Shown here piece by piece: positions 7,830 through 18,971 of a stretch of DNA of 32,000 nt. Source of the DNA: Longivirga aurantiaca (GTDB lineage Bacteria; Actinomycetota; Actinomycetes; S36-B12; CAIYMF01); the NCBI RefSeq assembly GCF_042660085.1, contig NZ_JBHSTI010000002.1:450001-482000 (forward strand), written 5' to 3'. The position numbers and the translations under genes are program-made. The notes under the pieces were generated by a model. The model did not search any database, was not told the DNA's origin, and saw nothing but the letters and a program-made list of their open reading frames with translations. Positions within the stretch are counted from its first letter, which is position 1. Each line of letters begins with the position of its first letter.

Positions 7830-8663
7830 GTGACCGCGGCACCCGCGATGATGCGTGCCGTGGACGGGCTGAGCATCGACGTCGTCGGCGAGGGCGCGCC
7901 CGTGGTCCTGCTGCACGGCGCCCTGGGCTGGGGGGCGCAGACCTTCGCCGAGCAGTATGTGCTCGCCGACACCTATCGCCTGCATGTCGTCGACCGTCGC
8001 GGGTACGGCGCCTCTCCGCATCAGGGCGCGGTCGGGTGGCCCGTCGACGTACCGGACCTGCTCGCGCTTCTCGAGCAGCTCGGCGGTGCGCACGTGCTCG
8101 GGCACTCGTACGGCGGCGTGGTCGCGCTGATGGCCGCAGGGCAGCGGCCCGACCTCGTGCGGTCGCTCGTCGTCGTCGAGCCGCCGATGTACGGGATCAG
8201 CGACCATCCCGAGGCCCAGTCGCTCACCGCCGACCTCTGGGGCCTCGCCGAGCGGGCGCCGCACCAGGACGGCGCGGAGTTCTTCGCCGACTGGGCCGAC
8301 CTCGTCCTCGGCCTGCACCCGCGCCTGGTGTCGATCACGGTCAACGGCTGGAGCGACCTCGACCGCATCGCCGCCGAGGCAACGCGGGTCGAGGCGATGC
8401 CGCTCGACCCCCCGGTCGACTGGGACGGCGTACGACGGGTGAGCGGCCCCACTGTCGTGGCGTCCGGTGCCTGGCCGCCCGAGAACGCCCGCGCCGCAAC
8501 CGATCCCAAGCGGCTGCGCGCCGCGGCTGCCTTCCGGGAGACCGCGCGCGAGGTGGCCGAGCGGCTCGGCGTGCCGATCACGCAGTTCGACGCGTCCGGC
8601 CACAACCCGCAGCTCACCGAGGCGGCGGCGTTCAACTCGCTGCTCCGGCGTACCTGGGGCTGA
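7830..8663 (+). CDS. Alpha/beta hydrolase
   Basis: PVVLLHGALGWG oxyanion region, LGHSYGGVVAL nucleophile elbow, DASGHNPQLTEA catalytic His region; start codon uncertain (could be an ATG at ~7848). Confidence 0.88.
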   Translation: MTAAPAMMRAVDGLSIDVVGEGAPVVLLHGALGWGAQTFAEQYVLADTYRLHVVDRRGYGASPHQGAVGWPVDVPDLLALLEQLGGAHVLGHSYGGVVALMAAGQRPDLVRSLVVVEPPMYGISDHPEAQSLTADLWGLAERAPHQDGAEFFADWADLVLGLHPRLVSITVNGWSDLDRIAAEATRVEAMPLDPPVDWDGVRRVSGPTVVASGAWPPENARAATDPKRLRAAAAFRETAREVAERLGVPITQFDASGHNPQLTEAAAFNSLLRRTWG

Positions 8664-8672
8664 CGCCTCACG

Positions 8673-8716
8673 CACCGATGTGCCAGAAACCGCAAGGGTT
8701 TTCTGGCAGTTCGGTG
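8673..8716. terminator. Bidirectional terminator between convergent genes
   Basis: CACCGA..TGCCAGAAA / TTTCTGGCA..TCGGTG, 9 bp plus 6 bp stems separated by a 2x2 internal loop; A-tract and T-tract flank the apical loop. Confidence 0.7.
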
Positions 8717-8718
8717 GG

Positions 8719-10275
8719 TCAGGCGGGGCCGCCGACCTCGACGGTGATCTCGTGCAGGCCGGCTGACGCGCCCGGGAAGATGGGACGCTCCGCTTCGGTC
8801 TGCCAGGTGCCGTCGCTGCTCCGCGCGCGGCACTCGAGGGTGTGCGGGCCCGGGGTCGCGGGCCACTGCCACGACCACAGCCGCCACGAGTCGTCGCCGA
8901 CGTCGGAGGCGAGGACGGCGTCCTCCCACGCACCGCCGTCGACGCGCACCTGAACGGCCTCGATCCCGCGGTGCTGGTGCCAGGCCCGACCGCCGACCGC
9001 GACCGTGCCGCCCGTGATCAGCGTGCGGTTGCGAGGCACGTCGATCCGCGACGACAGCTCGATCGTCCCGTCGGCCGACCAGCCACGAGCCAGCCAGAAG
9101 GGCACCGTCTCCTGCAGCGTCGTCAGCCGGATAGCGCTGAGCCACTTGGTCGCCGAGACGTAGCCGTAGAGCCCGGGGACGACGAGCCGCGCGGGGAACC
9201 CGTGCTTCACGGGCAGCGGCTCGCCGTTCATGGCGTAGGCGATCATCGCGTCGCGGCCGTCGTCGAGGACCGACAGCGGGAAGCCGGCGGTGAATCCGTC
9301 GACCGACTCGCCCACGAGCGCGTCGGCGTCGGGCCGCACGCCCACCGTGGCGAGGACGTCGCTGAGCCGCACGCCCTGCCACCTCGCGTTGCCGACGAGG
9401 TCACCGCCGACCTCGTTGCTGACGCAGGTGAGAGTCACGTGCCGCTCGATGCTCGGCAGCGCGAGCAGGTCGGCGTACGACAGCGTGAGGGGCGTGGCGA
9501 CGCGCCCGTCGACGGTGAGCGACCAGCTCTCGACGTCCACCGCGGGCGTCACGAGCGCGGTGTCGATCTGGTAGAAATCCGCGTTCGGTGTGACGGCGGG
9601 TGCGAGGCCGGGCACCGCCGGGTCGACGCCGGCAGGCAGCGGCTTCGCGGGATCGGTGGGCTTCGGCAGCCCGATCGCGGCGCGCACGGTGTCGACCGCC
9701 GCCGCGCTCCCTCGCCGCGCTGCCGCTGCTATGCCGACGCCGACGGCGCCAGCAGCCGCCAGCACGGCGGCGAGCTGCAGGAACGCGCGGCGGTCGAGCG
9801 CTCCCGCAGGAGTGGATCGCATCGTGGGGCGGGTCGGGCTCAGCACGAGGCGTGTCCAGGCGAGGGCGCCGACCCCCACGCCGACGGCGAGGGCGATCGC
9901 GAGGGTGACGGCGTCCTGCACATTGCCTGTGAAGCAGAGCAGCCACGTGACGAGCCCGCCGGCGGCGAAGACCCACGGCACCCGCTCCGGCTTCGCGAAC
10001 CAGCCGACGAGCGCGCCCACGATCACGACACCGAGGACGATGCCGAGCACGAGCAGCGGCTTGTCGGCCGTGCCGACCGCGCCGATAAGCGTCTCGCGCA
10101 GGCCGTCGGGCGTGTTCTCGATGATGCGGTCGGCGAACGCCGCCGTGGGGCTGGGAGCGCCCGGCAGGATCAGCCCGGCCACCTCGGCGGCGCCGAGACC
10201 GGCGAGCGCGGAGGCGCCGCCCGCCAGCGTGAGCCGCGCCGGGTCGCGCCTGGCCTCGGCCTGGACCTCGCTCAT
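8719..10275 (-). CDS. Membrane-anchored molybdopterin-dependent oxidoreductase (sulfite oxidase fold)
   Basis: Start MSEVQAEARRD; multiple N-terminal TMs, then PLTLSYADLLALPSIERHVTLTCVSNEVGG, ARWQGVRLSDVL, GFPARLVVPGLYGYVSATKWLSAIRL, C-terminal Mo-co dimerisation domain WHQHRGIEAVQVRVDGGAWEDA. Confidence 0.93.
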   Translation of the reverse strand: MSEVQAEARRDPARLTLAGGASALAGLGAAEVAGLILPGAPSPTAAFADRIIENTPDGLRETLIGAVGTADKPLLVLGIVLGVVIVGALVGWFAKPERVPWVFAAGGLVTWLLCFTGNVQDAVTLAIALAVGVGVGALAWTRLVLSPTRPTMRSTPAGALDRRAFLQLAAVLAAAGAVGVGIAAAARRGSAAAVDTVRAAIGLPKPTDPAKPLPAGVDPAVPGLAPAVTPNADFYQIDTALVTPAVDVESWSLTVDGRVATPLTLSYADLLALPSIERHVTLTCVSNEVGGDLVGNARWQGVRLSDVLATVGVRPDADALVGESVDGFTAGFPLSVLDDGRDAMIAYAMNGEPLPVKHGFPARLVVPGLYGYVSATKWLSAIRLTTLQETVPFWLARGWSADGTIELSSRIDVPRNRTLITGGTVAVGGRAWHQHRGIEAVQVRVDGGAWEDAVLASDVGDDSWRLWSWQWPATPGPHTLECRARSSDGTWQTEAERPIFPGASAGLHEITVEVGGPA

Positions 10276-11060
10276 GCGGACCCCTCCGGGAGGAAGCCGG
10301 AGTCGAGGTTCCACGGCTGGATGGGGGAGTGCTCGAGGATCCAGGCCTGCAGGTCGCGGTCCCAGCCGAGTGCGACGGCGACCCCGACGAGGATGAAGAC
10401 CAGCCCGAGCCCGCGCCGGAACCTGCCGTGCGGGTCGGCCGCCCAGCCGAGCCTGGCGATGACCCGCTGGCCCGCGAGGGCGACGACCAGAAGCGTGCCC
10501 GCGAGGCCGACGACGTAGATCGTCAGCAGCACGAGGCCGTCGACGGGCGAGGCGGGCAGGACCGTGACGAGGACGTACGCGTAGAGCGGCGAGCACGACG
10601 TGAAGACCGGACCGAGTGCCGCACCCGTGAGGACGGCGCCTGCGGTGCCGTCACGATCGGCGGCCGCGGCGAGGCGCGCGGTGCTGCGCCCCTGGAGCCC
10701 GAGCCGACCGGACACCCTGTCCCAGGCCGTGGGGAACAGCATGGCCGCGCCGAGGGCGACGAGGATGCCGCCCGAGAGCCAGGACCACACCTCGGGCGGG
10801 ATGCCCAGCAGTGCGGTCGTCGCGCGCAGCAGCAGGGTGAACGCCAGCACCGACACGGCGAGCGATCCGGCCACCACCAGCGCGCGCCGTGTGCCCGGGG
10901 AGACGCGTTGCCTCACAGCGACAGATCCCGCGGCGTGATCCGCACCGGTCGTCGGAGCGACCGAGCCGCCCACGATGACGGGCAGCAGGGGGAGCACGCA
11001 CGGGGCGAGGGTCGTGAGGACGCCTGCCGCGAGCGCCCCCAGGAGGACGACAGGATCCAC
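10272..11060 (-). CDS. ccdA: Cytochrome c biogenesis / thiol-disulfide interchange protein CcdA family
   Basis: GALAAGVLTTLAPCVLPLLPVIVGG and GAALGPVFTSCSPLYAYVLV; start overlap with downstream gene (10272-10275). Confidence 0.9.
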   Translation of the reverse strand: MDPVVLLGALAAGVLTTLAPCVLPLLPVIVGGSVAPTTGADHAAGSVAVRQRVSPGTRRALVVAGSLAVSVLAFTLLLRATTALLGIPPEVWSWLSGGILVALGAAMLFPTAWDRVSGRLGLQGRSTARLAAAADRDGTAGAVLTGAALGPVFTSCSPLYAYVLVTVLPASPVDGLVLLTIYVVGLAGTLLVVALAGQRVIARLGWAADPHGRFRRGLGLVFILVGVAVALGWDRDLQAWILEHSPIQPWNLDSGFLPEGSA

Positions 11061-11062
11061 GG

Positions 11063-11566
11063 TCAGGCGACCTTCCCGGCGATCTCGCCGCCGGTGTAGG
11101 TGCCCGTCCAGGCGCCGATCTTCGCGCCGGAGGCGTCGACCTGGACGAAGGTGTGCTGCACGGTCACGCCGTACTGCTGGCGCAGTGCCGTCTCGCTGTC
11201 GAAGTCGAGCTTCACCACGGTGAGCCCGTCCGGCAGCGACGCGGGATCGGCCGTGAGGTTGGAGTCGGTCTCGCGGCACTTGGGGCACCAGTCGGCGTGG
11301 AAGAACAGCACCACCGGTCCGGAGGAGAACGCCTCCTTGTCGGCCGTGTAGTCGGCGTACGTCACGTAGCCGTCGCGAGCCTCGGCCGCGGGCGTCGTGG
11401 CCGACGCCGACGGTGAGCCGGACGTCGCCGGAGCGGTGGAGGAGGAGGCCGAACCGGCTGTCGACGCCGGTGCCGCCGAGCCCCCGGAGGTGGTCGTGCC
11501 GCAGGCGCCGAGCAGCAGCCCGACGGCGATCAGAGCGGGCAGGGCTCGTGCGGTGTGCGAAGTCAT
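11063..11566 (-). CDS. Thioredoxin-like lipoprotein
   Basis: Lipobox LLLGAC, Ser/Thr/Ala linker, VVLFFHADWCPKCRETDSNL redox motif; RBS gaggag before ATG. Confidence 0.88.
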   Translation of the reverse strand: MTSHTARALPALIAVGLLLGACGTTTSGGSAAPASTAGSASSSTAPATSGSPSASATTPAAEARDGYVTYADYTADKEAFSSGPVVLFFHADWCPKCRETDSNLTADPASLPDGLTVVKLDFDSETALRQQYGVTVQHTFVQVDASGAKIGAWTGTYTGGEIAGKVA

Positions 11567-11700
11567 CGGCTTCTCCTCGGTCGAAGTGTTACCAGTGGAA
11601 CTCATCCGCGCACCCGGGAGGTCCCTCGAGCGCTTACGGACCGATGACGTCGTGCTCCGGGCCGCTGTCGCGGCGCATCCGCGGTCCGTACGCTGCGCAG

Positions 11701-12438
11701 GTGCCTCGCGTCCTTGTCGTCGACGACGACCTCACCGTGGCCGAGGTCGTCCTCGGCTACCTCCGACGCGACGGGTTCGAGGCCGCGCACGCGGCAGATG
11801 GCCTCGCCGCTCTCGCGATCGCCGAGCAGGCACCGCCCGACCTCGTCGTGCTCGACCTCATGCTGCCCGGGATCGACGGGCTCGAGGTGTGCCGCAGGCT
11901 GCGTGCGGCGAACCCCTCCCTCCCGGTGGTCATGCTCACCGCGCGCGGCGAGGAGGAGGACCGCATCGCGGGCCTCGAGGTGGGCGCGGACGACTACGTG
12001 GTGAAGCCGTTCAGCCCGCGCGAGCTCGCCCTGCGCGTGCGCTCGGTGCTGCGCCGCACGGAGCCGCGGACTGCGGCCGAGGCCGATCCGGTGCTCGTGG
12101 ACGGCGATCTGCGCGTCGACACCGCCGCACGCGCCGCCACCCAGGGCGGCGCACCGCTCGCGCTCACGACGCGCGAGTTCGACCTGCTGTCGCACCTGCT
12201 CGCGAACCCCGGCCGGGCGATGTCGCGCGAGGACCTGCTGCGCGACGTGTGGGGCTGGGACTTCGGCGACCTCTCGACCGTGACCGTGCACGTGCGCCGG
12301 CTGCGCGAGAAGGTCGAGGCTGATCCCGCGACGCCGACCCGCCTCGTCACGGTGTGGGGCGTCGGCTACCGCTGGGACCCTGCTGCGTCCTCCGCCGGTG
12401 AGGCGCTCGCGCAGACCTACGGGGGCCCGGAGGAGTGA
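11701..12438 (+). CDS. OmpR-family response regulator
   Basis: [53 protein letters not shown]-terminal winged helix [31 protein letters not shown]; start 11701 supported by TACGCT-6nt-GTG. Confidence 0.95.
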   Translation: MPRVLVVDDDLTVAEVVLGYLRRDGFEAAHAADGLAALAIAEQAPPDLVVLDLMLPGIDGLEVCRRLRAANPSLPVVMLTARGEEEDRIAGLEVGADDYVVKPFSPRELALRVRSVLRRTEPRTAAEADPVLVDGDLRVDTAARAATQGGAPLALTTREFDLLSHLLANPGRAMSREDLLRDVWGWDFGDLSTVTVHVRRLREKVEADPATPTRLVTVWGVGYRWDPAASSAGEALAQTYGGPEE

Positions 12439-13448
12439 CGCTCGACTTCGCGCTGGCCGCGCAGGCTGCGCTCGCCGCTGCCGTCGTGGGAGTGCTGGGC
12501 GTGCTGGGGGTTCTCCTGCTCGCCCGTCGGTCGCCCCGCTGGGCGGCGGTGCTGACACCCGTGATCGTGGTGCTCGCGGTCGCGGCGGGCGTGCTGGCGG
12601 GCGCGCGCTCGATGGTGCTCGAGGGCGCAGACCTCGCGGTCGTCTGGACCGTCCTGCTCGCGGTCGTGCCGGTCGCGCTCGTGGTCGGCGTGGTGCTCGC
12701 GCGGCGCACGATGGGCCTGCAGCGCGAGATCGAGCGCGAGGCCGCCGCGCGGGCGATGGAGGCCGAGGTCGAGGCGCGTCGGCGCGAGATGGTCGCGTGG
12801 GTCTCGCACGACCTCCGCACGCCGCTGGCCGGCATCCGCGCGATGACCGAGGCGCTCGAGGACGGCGTGGCGCCCGATCCGTCGGCGTACCACCGGAGGA
12901 TCCGCGAGGAGGTCGACCGGCTCGCGGCGATGGTCGACGACCTGCTCGCGCTGTCGCGGCTGCAGTCGGGCCAGCTCGAGCTGTCGCGGTCGCTGCTGCC
13001 GCTGCGCGACCTGGTGTCGGACACGCTGGCCGGTGCCGAGCCTCTGGCCCGCGAGCGCGGCGTGGCCGTGTCCGGCACGTGCGACGACGCGGTGACGGCG
13101 TACGTCGACGAGGCGGCGCTCTCGCGCGCGCTGACCAACCTCGTGGTGAACGCCGTGCGCTACACGCCGTCGGGCGGTTCGGTGCGGATCGAGGCGGCGT
13201 CGGACGGCGCGGTCACGGCGCTGCGCGTCGTCGACACGTGCGGCGGCATCCCCGCGGACGACCTGCCGCGTGTGTTCGAGGCCGGGTGGCGCGGCACGGT
13301 CGCGCGCACCCCGGGGGCCACGAGCGGCGCGGGGCTCGGGCTCGCCGTCGTACGAGGCCTGGCCGACGCCCTCGACGGCTCCGTCACCGCCGCCAACACC
13401 CCCACCGGCTGCGTCTTCACCCTCACCGTCCCGGCCACCGCCCCCTGA
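12435..13448 (+). CDS. Sensor histidine kinase
   Basis: ATGA overlap with regulator; two TMs, [20 protein letters not shown]-box, [12 protein letters not shown]-box, [17 protein letters not shown]-box. Confidence 0.95.
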   Translation: MTLDFALAAQAALAAAVVGVLGVLGVLLLARRSPRWAAVLTPVIVVLAVAAGVLAGARSMVLEGADLAVVWTVLLAVVPVALVVGVVLARRTMGLQREIEREAAARAMEAEVEARRREMVAWVSHDLRTPLAGIRAMTEALEDGVAPDPSAYHRRIREEVDRLAAMVDDLLALSRLQSGQLELSRSLLPLRDLVSDTLAGAEPLARERGVAVSGTCDDAVTAYVDEAALSRALTNLVVNAVRYTPSGGSVRIEAASDGAVTALRVVDTCGGIPADDLPRVFEAGWRGTVARTPGATSGAGLGLAVVRGLADALDGSVTAANTPTGCVFTLTVPATAP

Positions 13449-13505
13449 CCGCGCTCGGGTGACCCCTCGGGTCGATGGTGGAGGGCGCGGGGAACGTGCT
13501 GCGGG

Positions 13506-14378
13506 TCAGGCGGCGGGAGCGTCCGCCAGGTCGAGGCGGATGCGTGCGGCGGCGAGGTGCGGGTTGGTGCGCCGTGCCTCGGGCACCGCGAGCAGCGCAG
13601 TACGCAGCGCCCGCGCGGTGAGCGACGCCGACAGATCGGTGGTCGGCAGGCCGGGCAGCGCGAACATCCGGCGCGACCAGCGCGGCATGAGGCCGAACCC
13701 GGTGAGCGCGAGCGTCGTCCACGCCGGGCGGGCCGGGGTCAGCAGCTGCACGCGCGGCGCCATCGGCGGCCAGATCAGGTCGCGCACCGACTCGCGCGTC
13801 TCCGGCGTCACCTCGAGCTGCGGCTTCATCCGCTCGAAGTACGCCGACAGCTCGGCGACCGAGGCCGGCACGGTGTCGAGGTCGCAGCCGACGAGGCGCG
13901 CGGCCTCGACCTGCTCGAGCACGTACTGGTCGGCCTCTGCGTCGGTCAAGGGTGCGCCGGAGCGACGGTGACCCACGAGCCAGGAGTCGACCGCGCCGCA
14001 GTGCACCCACAGCAGCCAGTCGGGCCGGTCGAGACCCAGCTTGCGGTGGACGAAACGCACGCGGGTGGCGGTCTTCTCGGCCTCGGCCCGGGTGCCGTAC
14101 GTGATGGCGTTGACGTAGGCGCCGGTCCGCGCGAGCCGGCCCCAGGGGTCCTCGCGGGTGGAGGTGATGTCGTGGAACGAGCGCATGACGTCCGGGTGCA
14201 GCGCCTGCAGGATCAGCGCCCGGATGCCGCCGACGACGTTCGCGGGGTCGTGGTGCACGCGCCAGGAGACGCTGTCGGGGCCGAAGAAGCCCGGGTCCGG
14301 CGTCGCCTGGTCGAGCGACTCCATCGGGGTGAAGCCGCTGCGGATCCCGGTGCGGGGGCGCTCGAAGGTCTCGGACAT
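13506..14378 (-). CDS. Oxygenase MpaB-family / DUF2236 protein
   Basis: ALILQALHPDVMRSFHDITSTREDPWGRLARTGAYVNAITYGTRAEAE, VRFVHRKLGLDRPDWLLWVHCGAVDSWL. Confidence 0.88.
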   Translation of the reverse strand: MSETFERPRTGIRSGFTPMESLDQATPDPGFFGPDSVSWRVHHDPANVVGGIRALILQALHPDVMRSFHDITSTREDPWGRLARTGAYVNAITYGTRAEAEKTATRVRFVHRKLGLDRPDWLLWVHCGAVDSWLVGHRRSGAPLTDAEADQYVLEQVEAARLVGCDLDTVPASVAELSAYFERMKPQLEVTPETRESVRDLIWPPMAPRVQLLTPARPAWTTLALTGFGLMPRWSRRMFALPGLPTTDLSASLTARALRTALLAVPEARRTNPHLAAARIRLDLADAPAA

Positions 14379-14561
14379 GGTGCTCCCAGGGTGCCCCTTC
14401 CCCGCGCCGGGCGCACGGCGGACGGGCTCGACGCCGCGTCGATGGGGGAGCCCGGTTGCCCCGCCGTGGGCCGGGGGCAGCCGTATCCGGCACGTACGGG
14501 GAGTGGCGGGCGAGACATCGGGGCGTGAGCGGTGGTGGTCCGGCTGGCGGGCTCGGGCCGA

Positions 14562-16010
<1,449 letters not shown>

Positions 16011-16029
16011 TCGCGGCACACTCGTACGC

Positions 16030-16524
16030 ATGACGGGGCCGTCGCAGCGTGCCGCGGAGCGCCAGGCGGCGCGCCGCGGGGCTGCGACGTCCCCGTCCGC
16101 ACGAGGTCGCGTCCGGTCGGTCGCGACCGCCGTGCGCGACCGCCCGACCCTCACCGGGCGCGCCGTCGTCCTCGCCGCCATCCTCGGCATGCTCGTGCTC
16201 ACCCTCGCCGTGCCGCTGCGCGAGCTCGTCGCCCAGCGCGCGGAGATCAACGCGCTGCGCGCCGCGAACCAGGCTGCGTCGGCCCGCGTGGCCGAGCTCG
16301 TCCTGCGCGAGGAGCGGCTGAAGGACCCGGCGTACGTCACCTCGCTCATCCGCGAGCGGCTGCACTACGTGCTCCCCGGCGAGGTCGGCTACGTCGTCCT
16401 CGACCCCGAGGAGGCGCCGGCGCCGGCGAAGGCGGGCGCGAAGGCCCCCGCGAACCCGTGGTACGCCACGCTGTGGTCGTCGGTGCAGTCCGCCGACCAG
16501 GCAGCCGGTGCCGCGTCGCGCTGA
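16030..16524 (+). CDS. Septum formation initiator family protein (FtsB/DivIC-like)
   Basis: Single TM RAVVLAAILGMLVLTLAVPLRELV followed by coiled coil QRAEINALRAANQAASARVAEL and KDPAYVTSLIRERLHYVLPGEVGYVV; located between eno and DUF501. Confidence 0.92.
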   Translation: MTGPSQRAAERQAARRGAATSPSARGRVRSVATAVRDRPTLTGRAVVLAAILGMLVLTLAVPLRELVAQRAEINALRAANQAASARVAELVLREERLKDPAYVTSLIRERLHYVLPGEVGYVVLDPEEAPAPAKAGAKAPANPWYATLWSSVQSADQAAGAASR

Positions 16525-16570
16525 CGCGCCCGTCACTGCCGCCTGCTCGCGGCTCTGGAAGGCTTGCCCC

Positions 16571-17074
16571 ATGACCGACGCGCCGTCCCCCGACGACCTC
16601 GCCGCCATCGCCCGCCAGCTCGGGCGCGAGCCGCGCGGCGTGCGCCGGGTGGCCCACCGCTGCTCGTGCGGCGACCCGGACGTGGTGGAGACCGAGCCGC
16701 GGCTGCCCGACGGCACCCCGTTCCCGACGATGTACTACCTCACCTGCCCGCGCGCGGCCGGCCTGATCGGCACCCTCGAGGCCGGCGGCACGATGCGCGC
16801 GATGCAGGACCGCCTCGCCGACGACCCCGGCCTCGCGGCTGCGTACTCCGCGGCGCACGAGGCCTACCTCGCGGCCCGCGAGGAGATCGCGCACGTCGAG
16901 GAGATCGCGGGCATCACCGCCGGCGGCATGCCGTCCCGGGTGAAGTGCCTGCACGTGCTGGTGGGCCACTCCCTCGCCGCCGGGCCCGGCGTGAACCCCT
17001 TCGGCGACGAGGCCCTCGCCCTCCTGCCCGACTGGGGTGCGTCCGGCCCGTGCACGCGGGACGAGACCGCGTGA
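16571..17074 (+). CDS. DUF501 domain-containing protein
   Basis: QLGREPRGVRRVAHRCSCGDPDVVETEPRLPDGTPFPTMYYLTCPRA, MPSRVKCLHVLVGHSLAAGPGVNPFGDE. Confidence 0.93.
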   Translation: MTDAPSPDDLAAIARQLGREPRGVRRVAHRCSCGDPDVVETEPRLPDGTPFPTMYYLTCPRAAGLIGTLEAGGTMRAMQDRLADDPGLAAAYSAAHEAYLAAREEIAHVEEIAGITAGGMPSRVKCLHVLVGHSLAAGPGVNPFGDEALALLPDWGASGPCTRDETA

Positions 17075-18006
17075 GCGCGGTGCGCGTCGCCGCGATCGAC
17101 TGCGGCACCAACGCCATCCGGCTGCTCGTCGCCGACGTCGACCTCGAGGCGGGAACGCTCGTCGATGTCGACCGCCGCATGGAGATCGTGCGGCTCGGCG
17201 AAGGGGTCGACGCCACCGGTCGACTGTCCGAGGGAGCGCTCGCGCGCACGTTCGCGGCGTGCGAGACCTACGGGGCCCTGATCACGTCGTACGGCGCGAT
17301 CCGCGTGCGGTTCGTGGCCACGTCGGCCTCGCGCGACGCGAGCAACCGCGCGGACTTCGTCGCCGGCGTGCTCGCGCGGATCGGCGTCGAGCCCGAGGTG
17401 ATCTCGGGCGACGAGGAGGCTGCGCTGTCGTTCACCGGCGCGACGCGCGGGCTGGTCGGCGCGGAGCCGCCGTACCTCGTGGTCGACATCGGCGGCGGCT
17501 CGACCGAGTTCGTCCTCGGCACGAGCGTGCCGGTGGCGGCGCGCAGCGTCGACATCGGATGCGTGCGGATGACCGAGCGCCACGTGCGGCACGATCCGCC
17601 GACCCCTGCCGAGGTGGCCGGTATCGTCGCCGACGTCGATGCGGCGATATCCTTTGCAGCAGAGGCGGTTCCGCTCTCCGAGGTGCGCACGCTGGTCGGG
17701 CTCGCAGGCTCGGTCACCACCGCCGCCGGCATCGCGCTCGACCTTCCCGAGTACGACTCGGCGCTCATCCACGGATCGCGGATCAGCGCGGCGGACGTGG
17801 ACGCCGTGTCGGAGCGGCTGCTCGCGCTCGGCCACGACGAGCGCTCGGCGATCGGCGTCATGCACCCCGGCCGCGTCGATGTCATCAACGCCGGCGTCCT
17901 CGTGCTGCGCCGGATCATGCACCGCACCGGAGTGCCCGAGGTGCTCGTCTCCGAGCACGACATCCTCGACGGCATCGCCTGGGCGCTGGCCGAGCCCGGG
18001 GCATGA
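17071..18006 (+). CDS. Ppx/GppA phosphatase family protein
   Basis: VAAIDCGTNAIRLLVADVD, VDIGGGSTEFVLG, HPGRVDVINAGVLVLRRI, SEHDILDGIAWAL; start overlaps DUF501 stop (GTGA). Confidence 0.94.
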   Translation: MSAVRVAAIDCGTNAIRLLVADVDLEAGTLVDVDRRMEIVRLGEGVDATGRLSEGALARTFAACETYGALITSYGAIRVRFVATSASRDASNRADFVAGVLARIGVEPEVISGDEEAALSFTGATRGLVGAEPPYLVVDIGGGSTEFVLGTSVPVAARSVDIGCVRMTERHVRHDPPTPAEVAGIVADVDAAISFAAEAVPLSEVRTLVGLAGSVTTAAGIALDLPEYDSALIHGSRISAADVDAVSERLLALGHDERSAIGVMHPGRVDVINAGVLVLRRIMHRTGVPEVLVSEHDILDGIAWALAEPGA

Positions 18007-18908
18007 GCGGCTGGCGCATCGAGGCGCGCGACCCCTCCGACCCGGCTGCGGTCGCCGCGGTCGCGGCGTACTCGGCCGAGCTCGACTCGCTGCTCGGCGC
18101 GTCGTCGCCCACCATCAGCGACCCGCGTCTCGACGACTACCGCGCACCCGGTGGCACGTTCCTGCTCGTGGTCTCCGACGACGGCGCCGTGCTCGGATGC
18201 GCGGGGCTGCGGACGATCCAGACCGACGCGTACGGCGACGTCGCGGAGATCAAGCGCATGTGGGTCTCGCCGTTGCTGCGCGGGCAGGGGGCCGGGAGGG
18301 CGCTGCTCGAACGGCTGCACGAGGAGACGCGGCACCTCGGCCTGGGGTCGGTGGTGCTCGACAGCAAGCGCGAGCTCCACGACGCCCGCCGCCTCTACCT
18401 GGCTGCCGGGTACGCCGAGGTCGGGCGCTACAACGACAACGCGGACGCCACCGTGTGGATGCGCCTCGATCTCGGCGTGCGCCGGCCGACGTACGCCGCG
18501 GTGCTGCTCGTGGACGCCGAGGGCCGGGTGCTGCTGCAGCACCGGGACGAGCACGCGCCGCGCGCGCCGCTGCAGTGGGGGATGGTCGGCGGTGCGGTCG
18601 AGGCCGGCGAGTCGCCCGAGCAGGCGGCGTACCGCGAGCTGCTCGAGGAGACGGGCTTGGCGCCCGCCTCCGGGGAGCTCGCGCTCTGGCGGTCCGAGGC
18701 GTTCGCGTGGTCGGACGGGTCGATGGCCGACTACCACCTCTACGTCGCCCCGACCGCGGCGACCGACGCCGACGTCGTGCTGGGGGAGGGGCTCGCGATC
18801 GTGTTCGTGACGCCCGACGAGATCCAAGCGCTGCCGCTCACCGAGAGCGGCGAGCACTTCCTCACCGCGTTCCTCGGCTCGCCCGCGTACCGCGCACTGC
18901 TCGGCTGA
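18003..18908 (+). CDS. Bifunctional GNAT acetyltransferase - NUDIX hydrolase fusion
   Basis: EIKRMWVSPLLRGQGAGRALLERLHEE (GNAT) followed by GGAVEAGESPEQAAYRELLEETGL (NUDIX box) in one frame; ATG overlaps ppx end. Confidence 0.92.
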   Translation: MSGWRIEARDPSDPAAVAAVAAYSAELDSLLGASSPTISDPRLDDYRAPGGTFLLVVSDDGAVLGCAGLRTIQTDAYGDVAEIKRMWVSPLLRGQGAGRALLERLHEETRHLGLGSVVLDSKRELHDARRLYLAAGYAEVGRYNDNADATVWMRLDLGVRRPTYAAVLLVDAEGRVLLQHRDEHAPRAPLQWGMVGGAVEAGESPEQAAYRELLEETGLAPASGELALWRSEAFAWSDGSMADYHLYVAPTAATDADVVLGEGLAIVFVTPDEIQALPLTESGEHFLTAFLGSPAYRALLG

Positions 18909-18971
18909 GCTGTGGCGTGCGCCACGGCCCGTGGCGTTGCGCGTTCAACGACCCGTGGTGAGGGTGGGGGC

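Noticed and set aside
8842-10518. 558 aa plus-strand ORF opposite the molybdoenzyme
   Set aside because: Antisense shadow of a clearly recognisable gene; no motifs.
13461-13473. GACCC-ctc-GGGTC hairpin between the kinase and DUF2236 genes as terminator
   Set aside because: Only 5 bp with no flanking T-tract; too weak to call in this GC-rich background.
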